From NCBI GenBank assembly GCA_032718475.1, contig JAUCBJ010007055.1:1-64000 (forward strand): 64,000 nt of DNA, read 5' to 3'. The stretch is from Nemertoderma westbladi. Its lineage: Eukaryota; Animalia; Xenacoelomorpha. The notes under the pieces were generated by a model that saw only the letters and a list, made by a program, of their open reading frames with translations, was not told where the DNA came from and did not search any database. The translations under genes and the position numbers were made by a program. This document shows positions 51,138 to 64,000 of this stretch, piece after piece. Positions within the stretch are counted from its first letter, which is position 1; the number at the start of each line of letters is the position of its first letter.

Positions 51138-51974
51138 TCAGGTAGTCGTCTTGGTTGTTTCGACAATTGTATCATCGCTATTTTCGTTAACATCGTCGGC
51201 GTACTTGTAAACAAAATCGTCAGTCCCCCCCATGTACCTAAATAATTGGTTCGCCGATACATAATCTGTAATACTATCTTTATCGACAACTATTATTCGG
51301 TTCCAGTCCTCTTTATCTAATAAACGTCTAATAATCGCCCACATCGCGCTGAAAACCGGCGACGTTTCCGTATCGAACGCTAATAAATACGCGAATGAGT
51401 CGGGGTAGTAGTCTTTCATACAGTCGAGGAAGAACTTTGTAAACGACATATCAGTGTTGGTCGGACCAGCTTCGTGCATGTCGAAAAGTACTGTAAACTG
51501 AGAGTCGATATTCCCAAAATATTCCCTCTCCAATTTGTAAACAAAAAGGCGTTGGGATTTTTCGCTTTGCGAGGGTTTATGAAAACGAGCGTGGCTCATT
51601 AGCAGTCTGGTGCCGTTCAAGTCGCGATTGTGGAAATACATCACGCCTTGTCGAAGAATCGATGGATCTATGGTTTCCTTAGTGATGTCATTGACTCCGA
51701 ATTTCTTTCTCCACTTTAAACTCACGTGAATCTGTTTTACAACTGCATCTACTAATTTGCTGTTGTTTGTTTGTTTGTGATTGTGTCGTAGGAACCGCCA
51801 TACCCATTTGTCGTTGGAGTTTATCCTTTCAACGTCTCTGGGGTCGTAACCCGCCTTCGCTATATCGTCTTTGTGTTTGGCAGCGAAAGAATCTCTTACT
51901 TGTGTGATCAGCTCAAAGTCTTCATCTGAACTTGGTATCGTAGCAAATTTATTTTCAAAAACCGGAGGAGCCAT
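51138..51974 (-). CDS. CRAL-TRIO (Sec14-like) protein, MOSPD2-like N-terminal domain only, paralogue A
   Basis: YDPRDVERI..DKWVWRFL, LKWRKKFGVNDI, YFHNRD..G, TVLFDM..AG..N.DM.F.KF, YYP and YMGGTDDF. Confidence 0.88.
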   Translation of the reverse strand: MAPPVFENKFATIPSSDEDFELITQVRDSFAAKHKDDIAKAGYDPRDVERINSNDKWVWRFLRHNHKQTNNSKLVDAVVKQIHVSLKWRKKFGVNDITKETIDPSILRQGVMYFHNRDLNGTRLLMSHARFHKPSQSEKSQRLFVYKLEREYFGNIDSQFTVLFDMHEAGPTNTDMSFTKFFLDCMKDYYPDSFAYLLAFDTETSPVFSAMWAIIRRLLDKEDWNRIIVVDKDSITDYVSANQLFRYMGGTDDFVYKYADDVNENSDDTIVETTKTTT

Positions 51975-52959
51975 TTTTATTTAGTTTTAATTTTATTACA
52001 ATCTGTTTAAAATCTTTTAAATAATGTACCAAAACGTACTGTATTTGTTGTTTGAACGAAGTAATAATATGGAGATGGTGACTACAGTAAACTACTCTGT
52101 TCATGTGAGCTGATGCCTGATGGTATTGCCTCATATAAATTGCGTTGGAAGATGATGCATTCCATATGTTAGTAAGAAATGGAAGGCTGCTACTGCATAG
52201 CATAACTCTTTATCCCTGTAAATCAATAAAATTATGATAAACTATGTTCAACAAGTTGGTGTAGTTTAATGTAATGTCGACAATAATTACGTCAATGAGA
52301 ATTGAATGTAACACATATACCACTTGGATACAATAACGAAAATACGCTTTCATTTTTTTTTATAAACAACATTGTTTACATATTATTATTACAAATAGTA
52401 AAATGACCCCCGCATTTGTTAATTCAATACGTAATAACGAACCTGCCTATTACTGGCCAGGGTAGTTCTTGTCAAGAGTTGAGCCGTTCAAAAACACGAT
52501 GTGGTTGTGTGGGGGTGTGTATGTATGTATAACCATCCAATATCTCAACAACTCATGCAGGTACGCAAAAATATTAATAACAAACTCTACATGAATTTTG
52601 GTTGCGCACAAGACGATATTTTTTGTGGCGTTTCTATCACGGGGTCACTGAAAAATAGCGGTTTTGAAAATTTAAAATCGAATTTCACCGATTTAAACTC
52701 GTCGAGTATGCACCAACTTTTTTATTTGGGCTATTCAGTCATTTGAGCAACATATTTGAGCCTCAGAATCTTGTCAAATATCGCCAATCTCGCACAGAAC
52801 GTCGCCAAAATTTGCTAGTCCGGCAAAAAAAAACGCACAAATTCGAGCTTTTATAAGAGTAAATTATTGGTTGCGGAATAATATGATTCAACTAGAAAAG
52901 CCAGCAAGCTGGCTACAAGGAGACCGTGCATAGACAAACGTAGTGTTAGTTGGGATTGG

Positions 52960-53230
52960 GGACGTTAGTGCCCGCGAGACGTTAGTGCCCGCGAGTCATT
53001 AGTGCCCGGGAACCTTGTCTGCAAGTGAGACGTTAGTGCCCGCGAGTAATTAGTGCCCGAGGACCTTGTCTGCAAGTGAGACGTTAGTGCCCGCGAGTAA
53101 TTAGTGCCCGAGGACCTTGTCTGCAAGTGAGACGTTAGTGCCCGAGGACCTTGTCTGCAAGTGAGACGTTAGTGCCCGAGGACCTTGTCTGCAAGTGAGA
53201 CGTTAGTGCCCGCGAGTCATTAGTGCCCGC
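52960..53230. repeat. Compound minisatellite (TTAGTGCCCG core; 17/34/51-bp units) inside a probable non-autonomous element starting at ~52891
   Basis: Direct reading; preceded by ACTAG plus an AGCCAGC-AA-GCTGGCT hairpin. Confidence 0.85.
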
Positions 53231-53959
53231 ACCCCGCACTGAATTGGGAAGTTGGTATAAGGCAATCCGTTTTTCTTCTTACTTATCCCATACCCCATTC
53301 AACCAAAGTCATTGACAACGGCCTCCTCCATTAACATGCAGTAATTTAATTAATTCTCTAATTTAATTAACTAAAAGTACTACTTTACTTTTAATTCGTC
53401 GACAAAATGTCAGACAGTCGACTGAGTATTTTCCTTGAAATCATTACTTCATTATAAAATATATTTGTTAATTATTTGTTAGTATACAAATTAAGTATAC
53501 TCAATCAAAAGTAGGTTATCTATCTACTTTATAAACAATCAAACGATGTTGCTTAATCCTCATTCCTTGAAGACTTTACTGCAAAATCAAATAATATAAA
53601 TGCTACCATGTCTAGCTGAGGTTGATAATCATAAAAGATCGAAAATCGTAGAAGTTTTCTTATGTAATAGTCTTTTTCAAATTGTAGCAGATGGGGATGA
53701 ATATTATTGTTGCAATCATAATTATACCTCTCCAGGGTAAAATCGACATGCGTCGACCTGTATTCTGTGTTCAGCATTACATATTGATATGATATACATA
53801 TTACTATACATACTATATATATAGATATTATTCAACTATGAAACACTATTAATAAATGAATGGCACTGTTTTGAAACAAATAGCTAATAAAGGCCACTGA
53901 ACTGTTACACTTGAATGATATTAATGGATAATTTCTTTATAATTAACATTAAAGGGGAG

Positions 53960-54530
53960 TTAGGGAGAGGGGTACATCTCCCTGTCCAAATCCCTGACTC
54001 CCGCCCCGTCCCCGAACCCCAGACCCCTCCAGGGCCTCCTTCCACCGCGGAGGCACAGATAGTTTGCCCTTAATAAGGCGAACTGCAGTTGCCTTCTCAC
54101 AGCCCCCAGGACTGCTCCCAACACCCGCTGCCTCATCCCCGCCCTCCTCACCACCAGTGCGTCCGCGAGGTGGAGGATGAATTTCTCGCCCTCGGCGCCC
54201 CAGACTCCGTCGGTGGAGCACACGATGGGGGTGAAGTTCATCCGCCTCGACTCACAGGGCTCCTGGTAGTGGGCCTTCTTCTCGCGTTCTATCTGTGAGA
54301 GAAGGGTCTCCACAGAGCGGTTTGAACGAACGTAGGAGGTGGCGTCGACATTAATTACAGCGATATCGAAAGACGCCACCACCTGATTCGTCCAAACCCC
54401 CCTGGTGACCAGGTCAGCCCGAACCCCCCCAACCGTCGTCCCCTCCGAGTCCAGGTGCCCGTTCCGCAGCACCACCTCCCGCTCTACGTTCGAGTTCCCG
54501 TACGCCTCTGCTAGGAGGTCCCCAAGCCTT
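53960..54530 (-). mobile_element. 5'-truncated non-LTR retrotransposon (CRE-like), restriction-like endonuclease domain
   Basis: RADLVTRGVW..FDIAV..DATSY..EREKKAHY..C..FTPIVCSTDGVWG fits the PD-(D/E)xK REL domain; GC-rich island with an abrupt 5' end. Confidence 0.85.
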
Positions 54531-56103
54531 TCGTCTTTGAGTGATTAGTTAAAGGCCAAAATATGATATCCCACTCCATAGCGAATAAAATGAAAACGAA
54601 AGTTTGTTGTGTTTGTGTGATATATGAATGTCTAGAAAGTTCAGGCAGTGTTGGTGTTCTGTTTGGTGTCTGAAATGTAATCAGGAATTTATATAGATAT
54701 TATACACACTACATATTAAATTTCCTGGTTACTTGCAATATTTTTAATAGGATTTTGTTGAATTATATAATATTGTAGTAATTTATATATTAATTTGGTT
54801 AACATTCAATACAGCTCCTACTTTAGGCTTAGTCAATTTATTATCTGATGATACAAACATGAATTTATTATTTCAAAACGGTCTCAATGCCTTTCACCAC
54901 GGGCACACAGGGAAATGCCGGGGTTTGGGGGCGGCAGCCCCCAAGAAAAGAAGCGGGGGTTTGGGGGCGGTAGCCCCCAATAAAATGAAAAACAAACAAA
55001 ATTTGACTATAAAATGTTTCTTTTATAATTTTGAAAAAACTTGTCTAGATACAACTTGTCCTGTAACCATCTTTAACTTTTGTTTATTGCTTTGATGCAC
55101 CCAGATTAATTTTAACACTTTAACCGGGGGGCAAGTGTCCGGGGGGGGGAGTGTCCGGGGGGAAGTGTCCTACTTGTGCGGGGGGGGGGGGGGGTGTCCG
55201 GGGGGGAAGTGTCCTAGATCCTTGATTACTGTCTGGGATAGAGAGAGTAAAACATTTAGCAAGTAATATAGGCAGGCCTTCTTCTGTGCAGTTTGGGCCT
55301 ATCCATTCAATAAATACGTAGTAGTAGCTTACTAGGCCCTCATGAGTAGCTCAGCTGGTGATGGAAATTTGAGGGGCAGGTTCGTTTAAAACCATGTTAT
55401 TGTTTTGCTTATCTAATACTGTATGAGTATAGTAGTACGTATATAATTAATAATATCGCTAACCGTAACAGCTATCCTGGTTTCTAACTTGTTGATTTTC
55501 TGTATTTTTTTTGTTTGTTGAACTTTTATTGTGCAGCTTCTGTTATAGGGAATTTAACTTTTTAAATATGTTCAATAATTCTTGCAATTATTGCTATAAT
55601 TACAGTAATTTTGTGTTTTTTATAACAATAACAAATTGAACCATCCTTACTTACGTAGTAATTAATCGATTAACTTTACTATTCTTAACTGCTTTTCTGT
55701 AATTGTTAAATCAATTTTTCAAGAGATTCCAGTACCCCGCCCCACTTCTCTCACTATTGTGTCAAGCATAGCAAAAAACGTATATCGTAAAACAATTACT
55801 CATGTTTCTATTTTTATTCTAATTTAATTACAAATAGTTTGTAAAAATATGTTACTAAAATATATCATTGGTACGGATTAAGTTAATTTGTAGGCCTATA
55901 ATCTCATAGAGTTAAAATTATATATTATATTATTTACTCTGCTCATATAAAGTACTGTAGCACCATTAATATCACTAAAAGTTTCATTTTCTAATTTTTT
56001 GTTAACTACGACCAAACACGTGGGATTATTTATTTCTAACCGAATATTGAAAATTACAACCGTTTATTTGGCAAATAGTTAAAATAGGCAATTAGGCGAA
56101 AAG

Positions 56104-56973
56104 TTACGCTCGTTCCATAACTTGTTCCTCATTGCTCTCAGCGACTATTTCTCCTTTATCGTCATCTTTGGGTCCTTTATCACCATCCTCGGCGGAGTCA
56201 TCAGTGTAGGAGTAAACGAAATCATCAGTACCTCCCATATGCAGCAGTAATTTGTCTTCGGAGATATATTCTTTGATGTTATCTTTATTTGTAAATATTA
56301 TTCTACTTTGTTCTTCCTTTTCTAGCAAATGCTTTACCACGGTCCAAATGGCACTGAAAACTCTCGACATCTCGAATGCCAGAAGGTACTCGAACGAATC
56401 GGGGTAGTAATATTTCAAACAATTGATGAAAAACTTGGTGAAAGTCATGTCTGAATTTGCTACTCCGGCGTCATGCATATCGAATAACACCGTAAAAGGA
56501 TTCCCAATATTCCCAAAGTATTCGCCTTCTAACATATATACAAAGAATCGCTGAGCCTCGTAGCATTGTGAAGGTTTATGGAAACGAGCGTGGCTAATCA
56601 ATAATTTCACTCCGTTTTTATCGTGATTATGGAAATACATCCCGCCTCTCTCGAAAAACACTTTATCTATGTTTTCCTTAGTGATGTCATTGACCCCGAA
56701 TTTATTTCTCCACTTTAAACTCACGTGAATCTGTTTTACAACGGCGTCTACTAATTTGCTGTTGTTTGTTTGTTTGTGATTGTGACGTAGGAACCGCCAC
56801 ACCCATTTGTCGTTGGAGTTTATCCTTTCAACGTCTCTGGGGTCGTAACCCGCCTTCGCTATATCGTCTTTGTGTTTGGCAACGAAAGAGTCTCTTACTT
56901 GTGTGATCAGCTCAAAGTCTTCATCTAAACTTGGGATCGTAGCAAATTTATTTTCAAAAACCGGAGGTGCCAT
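56104..56973 (-). CDS. CRAL-TRIO (Sec14-like) protein, MOSPD2-like N-terminal domain only, paralogue B
   Basis: Same motifs as paralogue A; ATG at 56973; acidic tail. Confidence 0.88.
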   Translation of the reverse strand: MAPPVFENKFATIPSLDEDFELITQVRDSFVAKHKDDIAKAGYDPRDVERINSNDKWVWRFLRHNHKQTNNSKLVDAVVKQIHVSLKWRNKFGVNDITKENIDKVFFERGGMYFHNHDKNGVKLLISHARFHKPSQCYEAQRFFVYMLEGEYFGNIGNPFTVLFDMHDAGVANSDMTFTKFFINCLKYYYPDSFEYLLAFEMSRVFSAIWTVVKHLLEKEEQSRIIFTNKDNIKEYISEDKLLLHMGGTDDFVYSYTDDSAEDGDKGPKDDDKGEIVAESNEEQVMERA

Positions 56974-58984
56974 TAACAACTACGATTTATAAAAAATATA
57001 CTATCCGATTGAATAACAAGTAATTAAATTAAAATGAAAAAGGAAATATAATTTTATAATTAAACAAGTCCACAATATTTCATTCCATGATAATTGGCAA
57101 TAAGTCACTAAACGTTATTAAAATAAAAGCCTATTGATTGAATCCTATTAGAATTGTAAGTAAGGAAACTAACTTGTAAATATTAAACCTGGATCCATTG
57201 CGGATCATTACGGTGAATGATGGACGACATATATTTACAAACCAGTCTTGGATCGGGAATCATTGCCAGAACGTGAAATGAAACTTTTATAGAGCGGCGG
57301 GGTCAATTTCCCCCAGGGACTGAGTTTATGGTAGAAATAAAATGGGATAATATAGGGAAATCCTTACTGAATTTCGTTTAAACGAAGCAGTAGGCTAGGC
57401 CTAATGGATGAGAGGGTAGGGTAGGTCATAGAAAAACTCATAATTAATTTTATTGAACTAATATAGCCACCGGGGCGTCAAGCCGGGAGTTAATTGATAT
57501 TAAAAAATTAATCGCCAGACAGGCGTTTTCTAAACTGAATAATTGAACTGTAACAAAACATTTAATATTTAAATACTAACTTATTGATTTTTGCATTAAA
57601 TTTATGGTGTCACTCGTCTGCACTACTGCACTGAGATTAACATTGAACTTACCGCTTCACGCGTCTGATGCTGATTACTGTAAAGATTTTCGTCTAATTT
57701 TGTCGATGCGGAATAAAAGTAACAGGATGGGAAATTAGACATATCAACGTCGGGCTGACAGACAGATACACCAACCATACAAACAGTACAACCAAAAACT
57801 AATTAAAGAGACGGGGATTTTCTCAACAGTTGGATCGCCCACATTGCTGCATGGTGAATCTGTCAGTCGCCAGTCGGTCGATTTGTCAAATTATTTTGCC
57901 AATAACGTTTTACGTCGAGGAAAGAAAGGAGATGGAACGTATTTCGTGTAGGCCTACCACCAGTTTTCCTCTCATAAAGTTTAAGTTAACAAATGGATAA
58001 AGCGTCTGACCACTGCTGTACTGTAATCATTAACAAGATAATATAGCTGACACACCTCTCCCACTCCTACAAATAAACATGAAATGGGTATAATTGCGGT
58101 ATTGCTTTGTTATACAGTGTATCCTCTCAGCTACAGATAAGGAAAGTTCATAGTACAGTACATTTAATTCAGTCAAACTCAACATGTTATGGAACAGTGT
58201 TGGGTGTGCAATTATGGCGCGATGTAGTAAATAATGTGAGGTCGTAGGCCTGCCATAAAGTGTACTCAACTGTCTGCGCAAGCTATCTGGTTATCCGCAC
58301 CTGAATGAAGTTCGTTGAAATTAAAGGGATAATTGGACGTGAGGTAATTAATTATAATTTTATTTTATGCATCATAACTTATATATAATTTCTTCGATTG
58401 CAGTTACAGAGCAGCAAAAACAATATAATTGAAAAGAGCGGTAAAATTAAAGAAGAGCTAACCAAAAATCTGCAAAACCTCATCAGATGAACATGTTTAA
58501 CAGCTCATTCAATCATTATATTTCTATTTATCATTATACTGTAATGTTATTGTGAAATATTGTCCACTGTTATGCGTTGGGGTTGCTGTGTGATAATATA
58601 CTAATACATTAGTGTATTATTTTTTATTCCATGAAAGTGAAGTGAAACAAATTACAAACAAAACATTGTTCTAGAACACATTCGTTATTGTGTAAAATAA
58701 ACAATACCCTCAGAGTTTTTATGAATGTGACAAAAATGTGAAAGACCCAAAGAACATCAACTTGAAACCGCAACCTACAACTAATTGGTAAAACCAAATC
58801 AAGTCAAACCAAACCACCATCCATGAATAAGTCTTTACCATACCTAAATACGTCCCCCGGCCCGCCCAAGCCAACCAACCCCACCCCAACCCCAACCCCT
58901 AATTAGCGCCACCACCCACCCCAACCCCCTAATTAGTTCCACCACCCATCCCATTAAAACCCCTTGGCGTTCAGGATGTATCTG

Positions 58985-60510
58985 TTGCGTCCCTATGAAG
59001 GGCTCCAGTAGAATCTGTTACATCGCGTCCCTATTAAGGGCTCCAGGAGTAACTGTTACATCGCGTCCCCATGAAGGGCTCCAGGAGTAACTGTTACATC
59101 GCGTCCCCATGAAGGGCTCCATCAGTAACTGTTACATCGCGTCTCTATGAAGGGCTCCAGGAGTAACTGTTCAGGCTTCCCCATGAAGGGCTCCAGGAGT
59201 AACTGTTACATCGCGTCCCTATGAAGGGCTCCAGGAGTAACTGTTACATCGCGTCCCCATGAAGGGCTCCATCAGTAACTGTTACATCGCGTCCCTATGA
59301 AGGGCTCCAGGAGTAACTGTTACATCACGTCCCTATGAAGGGCTCCATCAGTAACTGTTACATCGCGTCCCTATGAAGGGCTCCAGGAGTAACTGTTCAG
59401 GCTTCCCCATGAAGGGCTCCAGGAGTAATTGTTACATCGCGTCCCTATGAAGGGCTCCATCAGTAACTGTCACATTGCATCCCTATGAAGGGCTTAGCTC
59501 AGAAGTAACTGTTACATCGCGTCCCTATGAAGGGCTCCATCAGTAACTGTCACATTGCATCCCTATGAAGGGCTTAGCTCAGAAGTAACTGTTACATCGC
59601 GTCCCTATGAAGGGCTCCAGGAGTAACTGTTACATCACGTCCCTATGAAGGGCTCCATCAGTAACTGTTACATCGCGTCCCTATGAAGGGCTCCAGGAGT
59701 AACTGTTCAGGCTTCCCCATGAAGGGCTCCAGGAGTAATTGTTACATCGCGTCCCGATGAAGGGCTCCATCAGTAACTGTCACATTGCATCCCTATGAAG
59801 GGCTTAGCTCAGAAGTAACTGTTACATCGCGTCCCTATGAAGGGCTCCAGGAGTAACTGTTACATCACGTCCCTATGAATGGCTCCATCAGTAACTGTTA
59901 CATCGCGTCCCTATGAAGGGCTCCAGGAGTAACTGTTCTGGCGTCCCCATGAAGGGCTCCAGGAGTAATTGTTACATCGCATCCCTATGAAGGGCTCCAG
60001 GAGTAACTGTTACATCGCGTCTCTATGAAGGGCTCCAGGAGTAACTGTTCAGGCGTCCCCATGAAGGGCTCCAGGAGTAATTGTTGCATCGCATCCCTCT
60101 GAAGGGCTCCCTGAGTAACTTTTACATCGCGTCCCTATGAAGTGCTCCAGGAGTAAATATTACATCGCGTCCCCATGAAGGCCTCCAGGAGTAACTGTTA
60201 CATCGCGTCCCTATGAAGGGCTCCATCAGTAACTGTTACATCGCGTCTCTATGAAGGGCTTCAGGAGTAACTGTTACATCGCGTCGCTATGAAGGGCTCC
60301 AGGAGTAACTGTTACATCGCGTCCCTATGAAGGGCTCCAGGAGTAATTGTTACATCGCGTCCCTATGAAGGCCTCCAGGAGTAAATGTTACATCGCGTCC
60401 CTATGAAGGGTTCCAGGAGTAACTGTTACATCGCGTCCCTAGGAAGGGCTCCAGGAGTGACTGTTACATCGCGTCCATATAAAGGGCTCCAGGAGTAACT
60501 GTTACATTGC
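58985..60510. repeat. 38-bp minisatellite GTAACTGTTACATCGCGTCCCTATGAAGGGCTCCAGGA, about 40 copies
   Basis: Direct reading; unit starts at 59049, 59087 and onward. Confidence 0.97.
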
Positions 60511-60516
60511 TGTTAC

Positions 60517-60620
60517 TTTAAGATGCGTCTCAAGACCAGACAGAAGATGGGCTGTCCACCATGCTTATTCACTCCATGAGGCTGTCAAAGTACAAGATTA
60601 TGCACTGGCTGGTCCTCACG
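60517..60620 (-). mobile_element. Short RTE-like LINE fragment
   Basis: Matches 62340-62437. Confidence 0.85.
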
Positions 60621-61425
60621 GACCCACGGACCCAAAAATTCCACATGTTCATAAAATCAATTTGTTTTCGTGGTGATTTTTCATTTTCATATTTCCTTTA
60701 CTTGTTTTTTTCGTGCTCCAGGGGCACAAATATCTGACTAATAACTAATATAACAACATGCCTATGTTGTTATATTACACAACTCTTCGATATGTTTGAC
60801 ATAGAGGAATAAACCTTCCCAATGAAATCAGCACATTCTAAAACCTCAGTAGCCAAACTGTATGGCCAATTTACTGTATCAACTGTATGGCCAATATGTG
60901 CTACTTGCACATTTGGTGCTCTTTTAGTATATATTTATAAAAAAAAATGAAAATTTTGCATCTAATCTTGCTTTCGATTACTAATAATGAATTAAACAAA
61001 CAAAAAAAAGCATTGTATGGTTTCATGGTTATACCAAAGTCTTTGAAGTGTGATGTATTTTGTGTAATTTTATCATTTCCAAAATGTGCTGAATATGGTA
61101 TGGGTGCTAAGAACTGCTCATATATCTCGAAATCTAATGGAGTTATTAAATTATTATTTCTCTCCTCTGAAAGAGGACATAATTTTAGTTAAGGACAAGT
61201 ACTTTCGACGTGCTAGACGTATTGTTTCTGGGATTATATCTAAGAGAAAATAACTGGCCCACAAAATTTAGGGGCTTTGCAGCAGCTTGGCGGGTCGTAT
61301 CTATAGTAGGTCATGGAATCAATATCAAACCCTCCCTCGACTGGATTTACCGACATCAGGATCCCTGGTCGATCCCAGAGCGAGCTCGATTGAACCGAGA
61401 AGGTAGATATTATCAGCTAAGGACA

Positions 61426-61468
61426 TGTACCGGGTGTTCCATACAATCATTATGGAACACCCGGTACA
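61426..61468. mobile_element. Miniature Tc1/mariner-like inverted repeat (18-bp perfect arms, TA-flanked core)
   Basis: TGTACCGGGTGTTCCATA-CAATCAT-TATGGAACACCCGGTACA. Confidence 0.6.
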
Positions 61469-62199
61469 AGAATCGTGGAGGGATTTCGAACTACGTAGAC
61501 CCTTACAAAATCTACTCACAGTGATATTTGAAGAATGATAAAGGCCATCAATGTATATCCGGCACTTATTTTTTGCCCAAACAATAGTTAAGTCGTTATT
61601 CTCATAGAGGATCTAATTACTATTATTATTATTACTTTTATTTAATCGGACCGCAGCCCATTGTAGTATGGGCTGCGTTACGAATAGTTACAATACTGGG
61701 CATTGTAATCTATATACTGTAATATATCTACAATACGTTACTATTCTGGGCTACGAAGCCCAGTTAGTATAGTAACAAACTATAGAATATATGGAACCGA
61801 ACTGCCAGTTAGTTACCGGTAATCATTTTATTGATCATTGTTATATAAATATTTATATTATGTATTTTTGTCGCTAATTTGTAGATAGTGTGTTCAAACA
61901 TAATCAATATAAAAGGCCACTCTGTGCATTGTAATCTATCTATTTAATAAGAAAATATTTGGTTCTCTCAAAAAAATTGTATTGACTTCTTGGTAGACTA
62001 TGTTATCATCACCCATGGATTCATTCTCTGTTTAGCTTGGCAAGGGTAGCCATTCTGGGGATCAGTCTAGTCTACCTCATCCCAAGACAATATGAATGAA
62101 TACCTGATTGTCTGGTAGCTGAAATAGTGAAATACGATTGGCAAATATCCACTGGAGTATGCACGGTCCATTTTACTGGAGATATAAAGTTTAGCGGTA

Positions 62200-64000
62200 A
62201 ACTACTACTAGGATCGGCATGCTGCATTGTAGCTACATTTTAAGAATGCTGTGCCGGCTTGTCGACAAAATTGCGCCGCCACAACTCCCTATCACCCGAG
62301 ACATTTGCTAGATCATCCGCATCTTCAAGGCCAGTGTCCTTTAAGATGCGTCTCAAGAAAGTCATGGGCTGTCCACCATGCTTATTCACTCCATGAGGCT
62401 GCCAAAGCACAAGATTATGCACTGGTTGGTCCTCACGGCGAAAGCAATGTCCTGCAAATCGGAGGCGACTTTGTTCTAGTGTCAAGCTTGAGGGAACCAA
62501 TGAGACACCTCCAATGTTATATAGTGCCTGGTTGGAGATGTGTGCATTGTACTTGACACAATGAACCCGGCGTAGCATTCTTGTGAATGTGCCATACAAA
62601 ATTTGGTGTCCTCAGCAGCTAGAGCCCAGCATGGACTCCCATAGAGGAGTACTGGAACTACTGCTGCTTTAAATAATAGGACCTTAAGTTTCTGATTAAT
62701 GCTCTGTTATTTCCAAATCCTGGAAAGCCTATTCAAGGCTGCCCATGCCTTTCCCTTACGTATGCGAAGGTCCTCGCCTGACTTCTGGATTCATGATCCC
62801 AGGTAACAGATGTCGTCCACATGCTCAAGTATACCATCCTTTGAGCTTATGCTCATCCGGCCAGAGACTTCCTGAGGACTTTCAAAGTTAACTGTCAAAA
62901 TTGTGGTCTTTTTGGAGTTATTAATAAGACCAACACTAGACGCAGCCTGTTCTAATGAGCTGAGGAGCCGTTGGGCTCCCTCTAGTGATTCTGAGAGTAC
63001 TCCTGAGTCATCAGCAAAGTCTAGATCAGTCAGGTACTTGGCAGGATTTCCTCGACTTCTGGAGCCAGTAGGTGGAGTTACCATCACTCCATCATCATTA
63101 TGATGATCTAAGGACATACGTAGAACATAGTCAACCACAATTATGAACAAGAATGGCGCAAGTGTGTCTCCTTGGAGGACTCCCCATAATACTTTAAATG
63201 GTTCTTTGTCACCATCAACAGTAGACACAAATGTTGTCGAACCATCGTATACTGATCTGTTTGCTGCAATAATTTCATCAGGAATCCCATATAATGAAAG
63301 TATGTTGAACATACGTGAGCGAGAGACTGAATCAAATGTCTTGAATAAGTCAACAAAGATAACAGCCAGATGCCTGTCTTTCTTTTTTGATAACTCTTCA
63401 ATTATCCTTCTAAGTGCTTATTTGTTTTCATTTCTTGTGGGACTCTTGTTGTTCTGTGAATGTCTACTATGATGGGATAGATGATCTTTAAACACTCAGG
63501 TATTTTAAAGACCTCAAGGGGAACACCATCTACTCCACTGACACTATTGGTCTTAATGCTCTTTGCAGCAGCCTTCACTTCTGCAAAGGAGATATCGCCA
63601 ATGGGAATATCTGGGAGTACAGACTCAGACACCTTTTACTTTACTTCTATAAAGTTATCAGGCAATACCCTGTCATTATTGAGGAGCTTTTCAAAGTGGG
63701 CCTTCCAACCATTGAGACGATCAGCTGGTGATTCTGCCTTAACCTTGGTAGTTGGTTGGCTTTTCCGCCCAGTAAGTAAGTTGATAGATTTCCATGCCTG
63801 GGATGATTGCCTACTGTTGTCAGCATCATTGATGGCATCAACCTGTTGGTTTATGACCTCCTGCAGATTAACAGAGTACTGCCTTTTCAGGGACCTAGAT
63901 GCAGCCTTAACTGCATTCTTGGCCGCTGTAATCTGTTTGAGTAGGGACTCTTTCTGTGCCTTATAGAGGTCATTTCGGCACTTCTGAATTTTGTGGTCAG
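62200..64000 (-). mobile_element. Degenerate RTE-like LINE (reverse transcriptase pseudogene), 3' part; continues past the window end
   Basis: GVDGVPLE, GVLQGDTLAPFLF, DLDFADD, YLGS and RLRFAGHCFRR, split by frameshifts and stops; (TAG)n tail at ~62200. Confidence 0.95.

Overview
This is eukaryotic DNA, most likely from an invertebrate animal, and is rich in repeats. It opens with at least 9.5 kb of a 208-bp satellite that has higher-order structure. An orphan, possibly retroelement-derived ORF runs into the satellite. Host genes are the first exon of DDOST/OST48, an intronless LUC7L3-like gene and two intronless MOSPD2-like CRAL-TRIO paralogues. The centrepiece is a minus-strand rolling-circle transposon (Helitron2/Helentron-type, about 20.4-37.6 kb). 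Its RepHel gene can be spliced by hand over 7 GT-AG exons into one uninterrupted frame of about 2256 aa: a herpesvirus-tegument-like (peptidase C76) deubiquitinase, 15-aa repeats, a Cys-rich region, an HUH Rep and a PIF1 helicase. Directly downstream are two near-identical ~470-nt non-coding units whose G-U pairing favours a structured RNA on the Helitron strand. The rest comprises nested MITEs, non-autonomous rolling-circle elements, a tRNA-derived SINE, RTE and CRE non-LTR fragments, minisatellites and a candidate minimal hammerhead ribozyme. All family assignments come from motif recognition by eye; no database search was run.
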